A stretch of DNA of 61,391 nucleotides, the filler included, from Platydemus manokwari (Eukaryota): NCBI GenBank assembly GCA_037951405.1. It is 6 parts of 6 records of this genome, joined end to end, with 100 filler letters (N's around TTAATTAATTAA, not from the genome) between each part and the next. Parts side by side here need not be neighbours in the genome. Positions count along the whole stretch, not along the records: positions 31,439 to 40,603 come from JBBMOY011289318.1; positions 40,704 to 51,781 come from JBBMOY010925530.1; positions 51,882 to 61,391 come from JBBMOY011238986.1; 3 more parts are not named here. One strand, 5' to 3'. The translations under genes were made by a program, and so were the position numbers. The stretch's first letter is position 1; every line of letters starts with the position of its first letter. This document shows positions 37,851 to 52,193 of the stretch, in pieces. The notes beneath the pieces were generated by a model. The model was not told the DNA's origin. It saw only the letters and a program-made list of their open reading frames with translations, and ran no database searches.

Positions 37851-38832
37851 AATCCAACATCTAATACAGACCTTTTGAGTGTGTCTGTTAGATGTCCCTG
37901 AGTTTCGTTTTTCCTTTACCGAATTCGAAATTGTCCTTGCATTTCTTGTGCCATTGGTGGATATTTGAGATTGCTGCGATTTGTTGGTATGCGCCAGTCA
38001 ATTCTTATCTTTTAAATGTAGATTAAAATTAGAAAGAATCTTACTAGCTATTGATGCGTGCGTTATTAACACACGGATCTGTGTGTGTCAAGACTTCTAA
38101 GAGTAATTTCCGTGGTTCCTGTAAACATTTTGGCTGATTTTGTGACCTACCCAACAATTGCTAAATTGAGATTGCTCGGCTGGAGGATTCGAACTGTTTT
38201 CCGTGCTATTGGAAAATCATTCATATTGTATAAGGTTTGATCATACATGTTGCTTCTTTTATTATTATCCATTTTACTAGTTGGCCGAAATATATCTCTT
38301 AGGATTTGCATATCTTCAGTTCCATAGTTACGAAAATTAATTTTTAATTGCAAATGTGAGTCGTTATTCATTATTGCTAAGATATTGTAAGGGTTACAGC
38401 TGGTACCCTTAGCACTTGTTTTCATGTTTGTTTGCTCTCTTTTTACTCTTTCCCAAGGAATTTTAAAAATATATCTAAAGTTGTTTTGAGTTGCGGTTCA
38501 AGTTTTTGCGATCCGATCTAAATGTTAAGAGACCATAATTTGTCGGAGTTAACAAATTTTTTATAATATTAATTTAACAATATCCTATTTTTAATTACAA
38601 ACATTATTTTAATTTAGGGAGTTTTTTTGATTGATACTGGATTATCTTTCGTGGACATTGTTCTTGTGAGATTGAGAAATAGCAGTGCTGCTTTCTCAAC
38701 AAATTTATGAAAGAAATATCATCATTTCCACGGATTTTGCTGATAATGATATCAAATAATTCAGCTTCAAAATCACTCTGTTGGGAAAGCACCTCAAATG
38801 CCCCAACTATCTTAAATTACATAGCCACAAAT

Positions 38833-38922
38833 GCCCCAGATATCTCAAACAACGAGGAGATGACGTTAGACGAAAAAGGAGACTGGTATGTAACAGATTA
38901 ACGTGGGGATTAGCTTGAGAAG
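38833..38922 (+). repeat. Decayed ORF segment homologous to 40880-41065
   Basis: EEMTLDEKGDWYVTD*RGD*LE aligns without gaps to ERIELDDNGNWDGIVYCGDKLQ. Confidence 0.5.
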
Positions 38923-40603
38923 GTCGGCCGGAGAGAAACAAAAGGAATAATAAAAACAGAGCCAATGATCCCAGAAGACCTACAATGGTAACCTCAAGAT
39001 ATTGGAGCCACACAAACGTGAAGACATAGGTGAGGAATATGACCTTGGGTATCTGTAAAAAGCTTACATTTTGATTCATTGACTATAACATTTTGTAATT
39101 TAATTCAGTTTGTTCTTTAATCTTTACCTTATATCATGTAGCTCTCAAATCTTTCCTTGAATGTATATTGTATTCGATGTATAACGTATTTTGTTAACAA
39201 TTATAATTTAAAAATTAATGGAAATTTTTAATGGAAATAAACTCAAAAATAAAGAAAAATAAATCGTACAACAAAAATAATAAATAGCTCACCTAAAACA
39301 AGAAGAATTCACAAGCTCCGCAAGGCTCATAAATTACAACTTCAAAACAACTGGCAATATTGGATACTGTGCCTAAACGGAATTAATTCGAGAGTACGAC
39401 GTTTGAAAAAGTTAAATTGAAATTTATATTTTAAAATTTATAACTTTTAAAATCATTATCTATAAGATCGTTTCTGTAAATTCGAATCGGCCAATCCCCA
39501 ACCATAAATTGTTTGGGTTAATTTATGGCTTGTTTGAGTAAAAGTAATTCGAATGTTGTGCCGGTTTATTTATTAATAATTTTTGTCAATTGTAATATAT
39601 CAAGAAAAGTTTTGTAAATGTTTTTAGCTTTCAGTAGCGGATTATTTTCATCAAACCGTCTTTGTTTTTGATTTGTTATTGAAAAATTGTCTTAAATAGT
39701 TGCTATCTTAATCAACCATTATTGCGTGGCAAATAGTTATTAAATAATAGACTGATAATCGAGAGAGTTGATTAGAATTTAAATCAGATCAACTTTAAAG
39801 AGCTCACTTGGGTTGGAAATACTAACTCATACGACCCAAACCCAATAACTCGATGAAATTAACAACTGTGAATTTAATAGAATATTGTACTCATCAATTT
39901 TTTCAGTTACGATTGATAACCACTTAAAATTTTATTATTATGATATTATGGCTTGTTTGCGCTATTTTCTTCCTCGCAGAAATCAATAAACTATAATTTG
40001 TTTTGCTAGAATGAGAGCAGGAATTATACCAAAAATAAATGTGCAATAACTATTGCCATAGATTTTAATTAACGACAATAAAAGAGCTTATTTATAGAAT
40101 TCTAAATAATTTGTGTAGATTTATGCAATGCTTTAGTTATGTTTATTAACATTTTATCATTTTATTTTATTAAAAATTGTAGGTGTTTGAGGACCCTAGC
40201 AAAACACTTAAAACTACTGCAATATTTATAGAACCATATTTTTAAATAGTTTATATTCTTAATTTTTTCAATAATGAAGTGTTAAATACGAAATATAAAA
40301 TGATACGGAACATCAAGAGCAACCGTTCCTGGAAAATACATTCATCTTCATCTGCAGACCGGTAAATTTTTAACGAGGTTTGAAAATTATAATCAGAGAA
40401 AATATTATTGTAAATATATTAATAATATCTGCATTAAATCTATGATATACATATTTGATTAAAATTTCAAATATGCAGAAAAAACAAAATTATGAACATT
40501 TTATAAACCATTGAATTTTTAAAATGTATTTACTAAATTTAAAGTAGGAAATTTAAGTAGCTTATTTTTATTAAAGTTATTATTAAATACTTAATGCAAT
40601 GTC

Positions 40604-40703
40604 NNNNNNNNNNNNNNNNNNNNNNNNNNNNNNNNNNNNNNNNNNNNTTAATTAATTAANNNNNNNNNNNNNNNNNNNNNNNNNNNNNNNNNNNNNNNNN
40701 NNN
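40604..40703. other. Artificial contig spacer
   Basis: N44 + TTAATTAATTAA + N44. Confidence 0.97.
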
Positions 40704-40879
40704 AATATTATTAAAGTTAGTAACCTATTAATTTTCTCAACTCGGAGTTTGTTTCATAAACGACTTTGACTATACCCTCATTTCCGTCAGCTTGACGTTT
40801 CAAATGTTGGATATCAACATTGGTTGAAAAAGGCCAATATTTTATTATCTAATATTTCATAGTTTCCTGATACTTTCTA

Positions 40880-41065
40880 ACCTTAAATCTGATTTTGGAG
40901 TTTATCTCCGCAATAGACGATTCCGTCCCAGTTCCCATTATCGTCCAGCTCAATTCGTTCTTGTGGGTTGGTACTCGAAGCACCTTCCGGGGGCTGTGCA
41001 AGATTCGTTCCTGCATCCATAGTAGTTTTTTTCTTAGATATGGCACAAGGGATAGTTAGTTTCAT
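40880..41065 (-). repeat. Decayed ORF N-terminus homologous to 38833-38922
   Basis: MDAGTNLAQPPEGASSTNPQERIELDDNGNWDGIVYCGDKLQN; shared motif E...LD..G.W......GD.L. Confidence 0.5.
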
Positions 41066-41695
41066 TCTTGCTTCTTGGCATATATTCGAGATTGTTAATT
41101 GATTATCATATGGTGGCCGGGATGTTTCATTTCATGATATTATTTTTAATTTTATTAGTAAGTATAATCCTGCAATTTTGTAAATTAATAAATTAAATTA
41201 ATATATAACAAAATAATTTAATTCAAATGGATTCATTGTATCTTTTTAAAGCCATTGCGTGTTTAAAGATTCGTTACAAAAAATTAAATATATGCAATAA
41301 AATTAAAAAATCTTAAAAAGTAATGAAATGTAAAATGGTGCTTAAATATGCTTAACTTAAGAATCGTCTTTTCTACTTACAACGATTTATGAATTTAGTA
41401 AAGCATATAATTAAATTCAAATTTGGGAAATTATTTTTGGTTTCATGAGATTATTCTCAGAAAATTCTCATACAATGTTTTTTTTTTGTTTAGAACAATT
41501 TGTTTCAAGTAATGTAGTGATTTTAAATAATATTTCTTCCTTTTCCTAAGTCATGTATCTGAACATTAAACAACTTTTTATATGATTTTCGATTCTAAGA
41601 CAAAATTACATTTAATATTAATATCTATAAATATTCTCACGAAATAATAAATCGATAAACTAGTAATTACAAAAAACGCAAGGACCACAGATTGA

Positions 41696-42179
41696 AAGAT
41701 GCAAATCCATTTATCATATATTACCAAAAGGAACCCAATTAAAGTAACAGAAATCCGCAAACATTTCAAATAGGAAAAATGGGAAATCCACATTATCTTG
41801 AAAAGCGCTAAATTCATCATCCATGGCGTAATCGTAGGAAATACAAACAAAAGATTGGAATACTCGAATCAGAGTGAGAACGAAATTGTGTCAGAATCAT
41901 GGAAAGACTGGTATTTCACGATGCAGAATTCACAGCCAAGAATGCAGATGACCACAGTAATAAATCATGATACAGATCTTGATAAATATCAGAATAACAC
42001 CAAGATAACTAGTTGTTGACTTTGGAGAATGATACCTTGTAATTCGAGAGGCACATGAAAATGTCAGGACTAATATGAGATTATTGAAGAAATGTAGGAA
42101 CTACTGAAAGAGAAAGTCTTGGTTGGCGAAGATCTGCAAATGGAATTTAAATATTTAACTATGAGCGCCAATCAATTAA
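41696..42179 (+). repeat. Unclassified coding repeat family, second copy
   Basis: KMQIHLSYITKRNPIKVTEIRKHFK*EKWEIHIILKSAKF...GNTNKRLEYSNQSENEIVSE...EFTAKNADD aligns with the 23471-23977 copy, with an internal deletion. Confidence 0.8.
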
Positions 42180-45100
42180 GGTATTAATTTTTTGAAATAC
42201 TATTATAAAAAACCATAGCACTGTGTTGTGCGCTGACTATTTATATGCAATACTTTTTAATAAAGTTTCCATTGGATTTATTAAAACAAATGAGAAAACT
42301 CATGTATATGAGTTGCAACAAAGCGCATTTTGTTGGTCGAATAGCCTATTTAATCTGCAAATAATTTCCTGTTACGGAGTTAGAAATAAAGCTTACAATA
42401 TTCGATTTCTGAGTCAGCAATAATTTGGTTCAGAATCTAGACCCAACAGTGTGGTATTAATTATTTTCCAAAACATTAACTATTCTTTAATTTCGATCCC
42501 GAAATCTTTATGAATGATTAATCGGCATTTTTGTCTATATTTTAGAAGTGTGAATAAGATAAATATAGTTTTGTGATTCCATCAATATTATTTAACAGTA
42601 TTTTTTATAATCAATAGTTATCATTGATCATATTCGTGCCAGGGTTTAAAAATGAGGGTAGAGTTTGATTGTGATTTAGTTTCATAATATAAATGTAGTA
42701 GTCATAACGAGTTATTAATATAGCAAAATATATTCCAAATACCAAGACCCTTAGAAATTATCGCGTGGTAGCCTCATACAAAATTTGATATAATAATATA
42801 AACAATAAATGAATAATGAAAATAAATAAATAATAAATGAATTAAATGATAACAAGAAAACAATAATAGTAAAATAACAATGATTAATTAGCTTTTCTAT
42901 TCTTCAAGAGATATGACTATCCGCCGTGTTCATTAAAATGACTGAATACGAACTCTGTAGTTGTATTGAGTGATGATTTTCATCAAGAGAAGGATTGAGT
43001 TTAAAATAGTTTCACAAAATCGTTTATATCAGTCATGTGTAAAAATAATTTTACAAAAATAAATTTTATTTGAATACATAATAAAAATTGATTCGGAATT
43101 ACAGATCAAGTTAATTAGAAAATATATCGGAATATGTTTAATGTAATAATGTGTAAAATGTCTTACAAGAGAATAAAGTGATTGTGCCAAATTTTCCAGA
43201 AGCAAATGTTAATATTTAAATGCTAAAAGTACCAGTTGAGTTAAGTTCAAAAGTTAAGTAAAAATATTGTACTTATTATTTATACTGAAATAAAGGCTTT
43301 GTTTGCTTCTAGGCTTTGAGATTTAGAAATATTTGTTTAACTTAAATCTGTGGGTTTATGCTGTTTTTTGTTACCTGAATTTGTTAACTTTTTGTTGCTT
43401 AAATGAGTCTTTGTCCACATTTATTTTTTGCTATCTTCATTTTGAAAAAATTGATAATAAATTATTATTTTGTATTCTAGACTCGTCAAATTTGATGTTC
43501 ATATCATTTAACTTTTAGATGCTTATCGAGAAATTTAGTACTCATTGTTTAGCTCCTAGCAGTAATTAGGTTGCTTTTTTTGTTTATAAGTAAAGGATAG
43601 TGTTCTAGATTTAATAGGCGACAATAATGAATAGGTTTATTAAATTCATTATAAATTGTATAATATATAAAAATATTAAATGTGTTCCTGCATCGGTGTT
43701 ATGTTTTACATAATTAGTTGGTAAAGAACTTATATCATACAATCCTAGCTTAAAAAAGAAAAATCTAGTAATTTAGTTAATAATAAATGTATTCTTGCTT
43801 ACAAATTTGTCTACCGATTATTATCTTAAACTTATCAATAAACATTTCCTTGGGTCCGAAAATTAATTTCTGCCAATGAACTAATTTCTACCATTCCAGA
43901 ATATAATTCTGGCGTTACTTTGTGTAACAAGAATTTAAGCATGTTCCACTGTTCCTAACAATATATATTCTTAGAGATCTTCAAACTTTCCTGGAAATAA
44001 CAAGAACCTTTGGTTTTATCTATAATTTTTCATTGCTTATTTTTATGTATTATTGATGGTTCTAAATATTGAAATAATAATTTATTTAAAAAATTATACA
44101 TTACTAATGTACATATTGCCTTACAACACATTCGGAACTCAAAGTCACTCATTTATTAAATTTGTAACAAACAAAGTAAGTAATGCAGCTACGTTAATAG
44201 TGATACAATTAAAATAAAATTTATTAAAAATTTCTAATTAGTTTTACTATCGTAGTCTTTAAGGTTTTGAATTTTAATCTGAATAAGCTTCTTATATTTT
44301 TACTTTTAATCCTGAATATCCCTTATCAGTCTTCTGTGGGTCCTATTAGACCTTAGGTAATAACATAATCTATAATGTTATTCATTCGAATCGAAGTATA
44401 ACAATTTGTGTGATGACAAGGTGAACGGCGTAGGATAGTGTTTCCTAATTTATAATTTATGTAGATTCTAGTCTTTTAAATGCTAGAATTCTTTTATTTT
44501 AATCAATTATTATAACTTTATACAAATGCGGTGTTGAATATGACTACGATGATGGCCTATAAATGCACTGAACAATGTTACTATTGTAGTTAACAATGTT
44601 TGGTTCTATTTGTATTATTGAAATCTATTGACATTGTTCACATCTTATATCGATTTCCGAAATTCTTATAACTTATGGGCAGTAATAAACTTTATTGATT
44701 TGTTCGTGCTATCCGCGAACATTCTGCCCATATAAAGAAGGGGTGGGTCACGTCGGATAATGCCGGTTAATTATCAAAAATCCTATATTTAATCCTGTTT
44801 TCTAGTCAGCCAATGACTCTGATTTATATTATTTTAACGATTTTTATTTTTATTACTCTTTCTATGATTAAACAATTTATTAAGTCCTTGCACTAAACTC
44901 CACTTCCCTGTGTCAAAACAAGTGTATTTAAGATCACGAGACAAAACTTGACAATTAGAATAAATAGGTTGTAGTACTAATGGTATTTTACACACTATCG
45001 CTTACTTAATCCTTAGACTAAATGGTAAATAAAATGCTTCTGAATGGATATCAAATGGCAATGAATTGGCTTCTTGCTTACAACTAACATTACATGCAGT

Positions 45101-47572
45101 TTACATGGTTTCATAATTTACGGCTCATCACTCATGTCTTTTCATACTGTTTATACTAATTAAAATTGTTTTTGGATTACATTCTTTTTCAATATCTGTG
45201 CTTATTGAATTTATTTTATAATCTATTGGTTGTTTATTATTTATTGAAAAAGATATAAAATGCATTTATTGCTACAATTTATTCCTTATCCTTCTTGTTT
45301 GTTTTTATATTTATGGAAATTATAAATAATTTTCACGTCACAATATATATTGGTACAAATAACACTCATATAGGAAATATCAAATAAAATATATTAAATA
45401 TTCATGCACATAGTCTTTCAAAGAGTCTGAAATTCTCAAACCCCGATCAATATAACATATTGGGAGAACTGAATTATTTTTGTAAAATATATTGGGATAA
45501 TATAACAAATATAATAATAAAATTGACACGGGATACTAATTTAGGGTACATATTGATTTTTCCTACCAATTTCAAGAGAAGTCTGCGAAAGAACACGCAT
45601 TCGTCTTATTGGAGTAAAATCGATTTCCAATGGCCTTGATAAATATGAGATGCATTTGATATTAAATTATGATTTTACAAAATAAAATAAACCTCTGATC
45701 TTCCAATGAACAGTGGTAATATACAAATAAAGTCCGTTCGGAATATTATCGGTTTCGAAGAGAAAGCGAGAATGTTTCATCAGCTAACAGTTTTTGCTGG
45801 TTTTGTTTGTTACACCAGCCTTAATTTTCTCTCCCAATATACTATCACTGACTAATAGACATTCTGTTGGATTAATCATTTATTCATTAATATTTTTCAG
45901 AATAATAAGAAATTATTTTTCTTCCCGTATCAGAAGGCGATTACTATAATTGCTAGATTCTTTTTAAATCTGGCTTTTATTTTATTAGTGGTGAAATACT
46001 GTTCTCACCTGAATTTAATGCACTTGAATTTCTTATTTATTTTTTAGTAGTTTATTTTTAGTGGATCATTTTTCGAAATTTATTTATATGTATAATTTAT
46101 TAATAATTTATCATTTTAGAATTGTGAGTACTTCTCTGCAATTGCAGATAAAAATTACAACAAATCAAACTATTACACTTATTAAATTTTAACTAAGTAT
46201 GTCTTTTGCTTTAGTATATCACACAGATCGCTTTGTATGAGTACTAACAAGGACAATAATAACATTTAAGATATTAGTAAAGATATAAATAAAATAATGG
46301 ATAAGTAAACCGATAAAACTGAAATGAAAACGGATTAAATATGGTTTTGTTAACCTTATCCTTATATAAAGTACAAAATATACAAAGCCTTGATTTACTT
46401 AACCGATAGGAAAAGATCGACGGGATGGGATTAACCGTACAATCAATAAAACTTATAAAAACTTGAAGAAAAACGAAGTTAATTGATAATTTACGGAAAC
46501 GTGTTGGGTTAGTGCTCAACGTAATATATGTACTTTTAGTAAAATCTGTACATATGTGAGTTACGTTACAGACAAAAATTTCTTCAAATATTAACTTCTA
46601 ACTGACAAACGGGGTTTCTAGTTAAATTTTCCTCTATTGATAGAACATTTTCCCGACGAGATATAATACCAAATGACTGCGCTTTATACTCTTTATACAA
46701 TTATAAAGTGTTGATGTTACACATTGATATGAAAAATATACAATCATAACAATTAAACTTTGCTTATAACAATTTTCCACACTATTGTTTATATTTAAAT
46801 AGTTATGAATTCTTTTTTGAGATTGTCGACCACCAATCTGAACAATAGTGATCCTTTAAATAAATTTATTCAAAGCTAAAATATATAATAACATATAGGT
46901 CACACTTATATAATTCTCGATCAGATAAAAATGAAACATAACTGAATACAAAAGCCATTAATAAAAAAAATAAAAGCACTAATTTTTAAGTGCTAATTTC
47001 TGGAAATAAAAAAACTTGCTTGTTGAAGTTGGATGTTTGATCGTAAAAATCTTTGTCTGTATAACTTTATCTTTTAATCGGAAATTGACTTATCAGTGAG
47101 AACCTTATAGAGAAACGGAGTCAGATTTAAATGACCAGTTTAGTTAGCTGTTATAATGAAATTTAGTCTATTTGTTTCGAGAATTCATGTCACTTGGATG
47201 AAGTAGGAGTAATCTTTCATTTTAAGGTATATTAATATTCAATCACAGCGTTATTTTTAAGTGATGTGAAAGTTTAAGTGTGTCTTGTTTGCAATTGCTT
47301 TACGAGAATAAACTGATGGAATAAGATTGAAAGTTAAAAGGCTTATCTAAGTAATTGCTCGTCCTTGAAGACAAATTCAAATTATTCATACTGGCGGGAA
47401 TTTAAATAGGGTGAATTAAATCATTCAAATAAATATGTCGAAATATGTAATTTATCTGAATTAGTCTCTTCTGGCTTATAAAATTGGAAATTTTTAGATT
47501 TTTAGTTTATTATGTAATTATTATTGCATTTATGATGTAACTATTTTTGTATTTATTATTATTATTATATTG

Positions 47573-47573
<1 letters not shown>

Positions 47574-47604
<31 letters not shown>
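47574..47604. repeat. (TA)15 microsatellite
   Basis: Read directly. Confidence 0.97.
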
Positions 47605-47606
<2 letters not shown>

Positions 47607-49619
47607 CTGCTCAAATTAATTTTAAATGTCCAACATTATTATTACGCTTGGGTCTTATGTCGTTTATTATTTTCAAACAATGTCAATTTTTGCACTCTTA
47701 TTATAATTGAGTTTTACCGATGCAGTACGGGTAATCAACTTTATTGTATTTACTTTTTTCACCAAGTACAACATTATTCTATATAGACTAAGCAAGGCAA
47801 TATTGAAACTTCTTATTATCTAAGTCTTTGATTTTTATCGTTGTTGGAAACTTCAATTGTATGGCCACACATTATTATTAACCACGCGTTATAATTACGT
47901 TTGCGTAAAATAATGCCATTTATTATTATAAACTGTTATAAAAGGAAAAGTAAAAATCGAATTAAAATAATAAAAATATATTATTTAATAATAACAACAA
48001 ATAACAAAGTTATGCAGCACTATTGTTACGTGGTCGCTATTTTTAAAATATTGCTTGCATTTTTTCCATCAGTCTTTTATATTCGAATTAACTTAGTCTA
48101 ATCATTTCGTTGAGTTCTTATAAATAACTAGTTACCAATATGCCCCAAACTATTAAACTTCCGTCTCTTCGATCTTACATGATGACAAGGTAAACCGGTA
48201 TGATAATATTTCTTATAATTTCATTTTTAATCATCTAATTATTATATTAAATTATGAACACAATACTAACATTTTTGAAGAATTTAATCGGACTGTTAGC
48301 AATAACAAATGAATTACTTTAATTATATTTCCGAATGGTCAAAGAAATAAAATCTAGTAAGATAATTTACGTGAATATGTGATCCACCGTGAAAAGCTAT
48401 TCGAATAATACATACAGTATTAAAAAATAAAGAAATTCACAACAATTAATAAATCAATTAGTCAGGTTACCACAAAAGTAAGAATATTTACTAGGATTGA
48501 ATGGCAAAATTATAATTTTCAATTGCAATTTTACAAATTAAATCAAATTGTCGAATATTAACGACTTAAAGTCGAACTCCCATTAACAAAGTCAATAATC
48601 AATTCACAATGGGATCAGTACTTGAAAGATAGAATAGGAAATGAAATTACTCCATTAAAAGATTGGTCGTTAGAATAATCACGCAAGAGTGTAGTACAGA
48701 CGAAAATTACCGAATAGAGAAAACTGACAGTTACTTCCAAGATAAGACTCCTTTCAAGACCTGCCGTGTATGGTTGGGTAACAGTCTGCATAATAGTTTG
48801 TTACTAAATTCTCTTTTAACTCTCGCAATATTGGCTCATCATGGTGTTTGCCTTTTGTTGGTGTGCACCTATTGATGATCGAATTCTATTTATGGACTGG
48901 TATTTTGGAGGAATTTGATAGGCTACTGGCACGTGTCCTCATATTACCTGTGAGTATCGAACTTCTTAAAGGTTTTTCTTAGTTTTTTGCTTTGCTTTTA
49001 TTGCACACTCAAAAATATGAAATTGTTTAACAATGTTTATGATAAAATTGGAAATTTTAAAATATGCAATCAATTTGGTGTATAGGTTGATTTAGAATGT
49101 CTTTAAAATATCTATAAAAAATAAAATATTTTCCTATAGTTACAAATAAAAGAAAAATAATATATGTTCTCATCAGAAAAAAATTAAGTTTTGAGTTGTG
49201 AGGGTTGTTTTGTAGATGTTATTGTCAAATCAATGGCATGAGTTCATATTGTTTTATTGTATGGAATTATTTGTTAAACCATCGAAAAAAATAACAATAT
49301 ATTTTTTTATTTATAATATTATCAATAGGTGTTACACGCAAATTTAACTTGAACGTGATATTAGTGCAACAAATTGGTGGTGTTGTCTCACTATGAACGT
49401 GAGAATTTTTCTATTTTCCTAATAGTTAAAATTATTAATTTTAATGAATATAGGTTCAAAAAGTCTGATCTTTCGAAATGGATTTTATTTATTTTTTTGT
49501 ATTAATTAAATTTACCAAGATGTAGCTTTTTTGAAGAATTTAGAATTCTTCTTATATTTCAAGTTTTTCCCTTTTCAATGTATCATCCGTAGTTAGCTTT
49601 CAAATCTTAAATTATAATT

Positions 49620-49740
49620 TTCCTGTCCGAAACGTTAGAAGTTACTTTCGAAAAAATTTTTAAGAGTGAATTGTGATGAAAATCCATCAACTTATATAGT
49701 ATCAGGAGTTCGGTAATTTGTACCAAGGGTTTTCCCACAC
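49620..49740 (-). mobile_element. Possible retroviral-type integrase core fragment
   Basis: RTPDTI*VDGFSSQFTLKIF resembles G.P..I.SD.G.QFTS..F. Confidence 0.3.
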
Positions 49741-51781
49741 TCACAAATTTCAATCATTTATTTTTACTTTGATCCTGATTATTTATGATTTTAAAAGTCC
49801 CTCAACCTTAAAAAAATCATTAAATTTAGTTTGCATTAGAAATTTTATTTCATTTTTCAATTTTTAAAATTATTAATTAAATTTTCTTTTATTTTCTACC
49901 TAATTTATTTGGTTAAAATTGTTCAATTTATTTTATTTCCAAATTTTTTATAAATAATATATATTTTTGTTTATAATTTACAAAGATTATAGAAATCACA
50001 AAAATTAATCGATATTTTACAAATGGTGAACAAATCATAATTACTAAATCAATCAAAAATATCAAGAATATCATAGTAAAAATATCAATTATATGTTCAC
50101 AAATGTTAAATTTTCATGAATTTTTGAATACTGTGATTTTTATGAATAAATATTCATGAGCAGCAATACCAAGAATTTGCGGCTTAAACGTCTAAATCTA
50201 CGCTCCAGCTCTTCTTTGCCTATGTTTTCCATGCCGGTTTGTTTCTATTGGTATTATTGGTTTTTTAAATTCTATTTGAGGTATTATTTTTTGGGTTAAA
50301 TTTGGGGTTTTGACATTAAAATACTAGTTACGTAACAATTAATAAATGACAAAGATATCAGTCATCAATTATAGCGCAGAGAATAAATTTAATCATCAAG
50401 AATTTCTTTACCATATTAAATTTAATTATTGAGGACTTTCTTACCATGGTATATGTAATGAGAGAGAATTTCTCTTTCTCTCATAATAAAATCCAGTACA
50501 AAAAATATGTGTATTGTATTAAAAATTTCTACGATTGATTCATCGATGCCTACATAAGGTAGTGCCCGCAATTATTGCACGCGCAATTATTATAGACAAA
50601 GCCATGTCACAACAAAGATAAACTTACGGTATAAGAACACGAGTACACTGCGTTACCAAAATCACATAATATTAAAGAAAAAATTGGTATTCTAATCGAA
50701 TATTCAAATAGTAATATAAGGTGTCTACAATACCACATATAAATATCTACATCGTATGGTTTTCCTATTTATTGAGCGTAGTTTTACCTTGTAAACGACA
50801 ACACTCATCTGTGAAACTTATTAACTAAAACCTTCCAGATATTGTCAATAATGTGATGTGTAGATGATGTATATTAGTATCGGTATTTTTTCATTGGTAC
50901 TTTCTTCGGTATTTTCTTCATTGTAATAACTTGATATTCCAAAGATGGTTGTTTTTATTATTAACAAGTATCACATGAGTGTATTTTATAATTTGTCACT
51001 AGTAACATGTGTATACTAAAAACATTAAATAAAGAGACTGATAAGGGCATTATAAAAGAGCGAAAGCAATACATCAAGAAGTTACTCAAGAGAACTCAAA
51101 TATAAAATATCTTAGGCCGTTTGGTCTGTCTACATACTAGATCAAAATTATGAGTGTAAATGACTACCTGGATGTCTTAAGAAATCAAGAGACTGTTTTA
51201 ACCTGTAGATAGTTTTTTCCAAGTTAAATAAGACAATAATAAGAAACTAGACTGACCCATAAAATAATGGAATGATGCTAAAACCCACTCGATTTTAAGT
51301 TGAAGTTCAAGTATAGATTATTATCAAATGTCCCTTAATAACATTGGGTATTGCTCGGTTTCAAGGTAGACGGTACATAGAAAATGGATTAAATGAAAAG
51401 AGATTTTTACTTTAAAAGGGTTTTTATCATTAATGCACAATATGCAGTTGTCAATGTACAATTTTGGTTTTGCTTCGAATGGTTTGTAATATTTCATATA
51501 GTATATACTTTTCCAAACACTGCAATCGATTTTAGAATGAGCTATTAAAATTTTCTTAGTGATTTCTTATTTAGACTAATGAGCTATCACTTCTATCTGA
51601 TTTTTCTTATATTCTAGTTTCAAATTTGATTATAAAATTCCTCTGAATATTTGGTAATTGCATTTGGTAATTTTATTAATTATAATGCTAAATCATTTAA
51701 TGCTATACATTCCGCTATCGTAAGCGTACTTCTTAAAGAATTATTAATTCCTCTTTTAAATTGATCCATAATTATTCTATG

Positions 51782-51881
51782 NNNNNNNNNNNNNNNNNNN
51801 NNNNNNNNNNNNNNNNNNNNNNNNNTTAATTAATTAANNNNNNNNNNNNNNNNNNNNNNNNNNNNNNNNNNNNNNNNNNNN
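51782..51881. other. Artificial contig spacer
   Basis: N44 + TTAATTAATTAA + N44. Confidence 0.97.
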
Positions 51882-51883
51882 TA

Positions 51884-52193
51884 GAGTTATTTTATGAATT
51901 AAGAAAATTATTAGCTGCTAAAAAAGGAGGACATAATAATGTTTATAATTCAATAAATTAAATAAATTAGGATATATATCTAAAGATAGAAAAAATAAAA
52001 TCAAAAAAATCTTTACTAACAATGAAAGGTAAGTGCTTAGAAATTTTGAACCTCATGGAGTTATTTTATGAATAAAGAAAATTATTAACTGCTAATAAAA
52101 GAGGACATAATAATATTTATAATTCAATAAATAGTATCTTTACAAAATTATATAAATTAGGATATATAAATAAAGATAGAAAAAATAAAATCA
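51884..52193 (+). repeat. Tandem duplication (174-bp period) of a coding-like unit, possibly Polinton/Maverick-derived
   Basis: 51884-52003 and 52058-52193 are near-identical; copy 1 lacks about 16 nt. Peptide ELFYELRKLLAAKKGGHNN.YNSINSIFTKLYKLGYI. Confidence 0.8.

Noticed and set aside
44880-45100. Minus-strand FDIHSEAF...SGV.QG as LINE RT
   Set aside because: Motifs too degraded to support.
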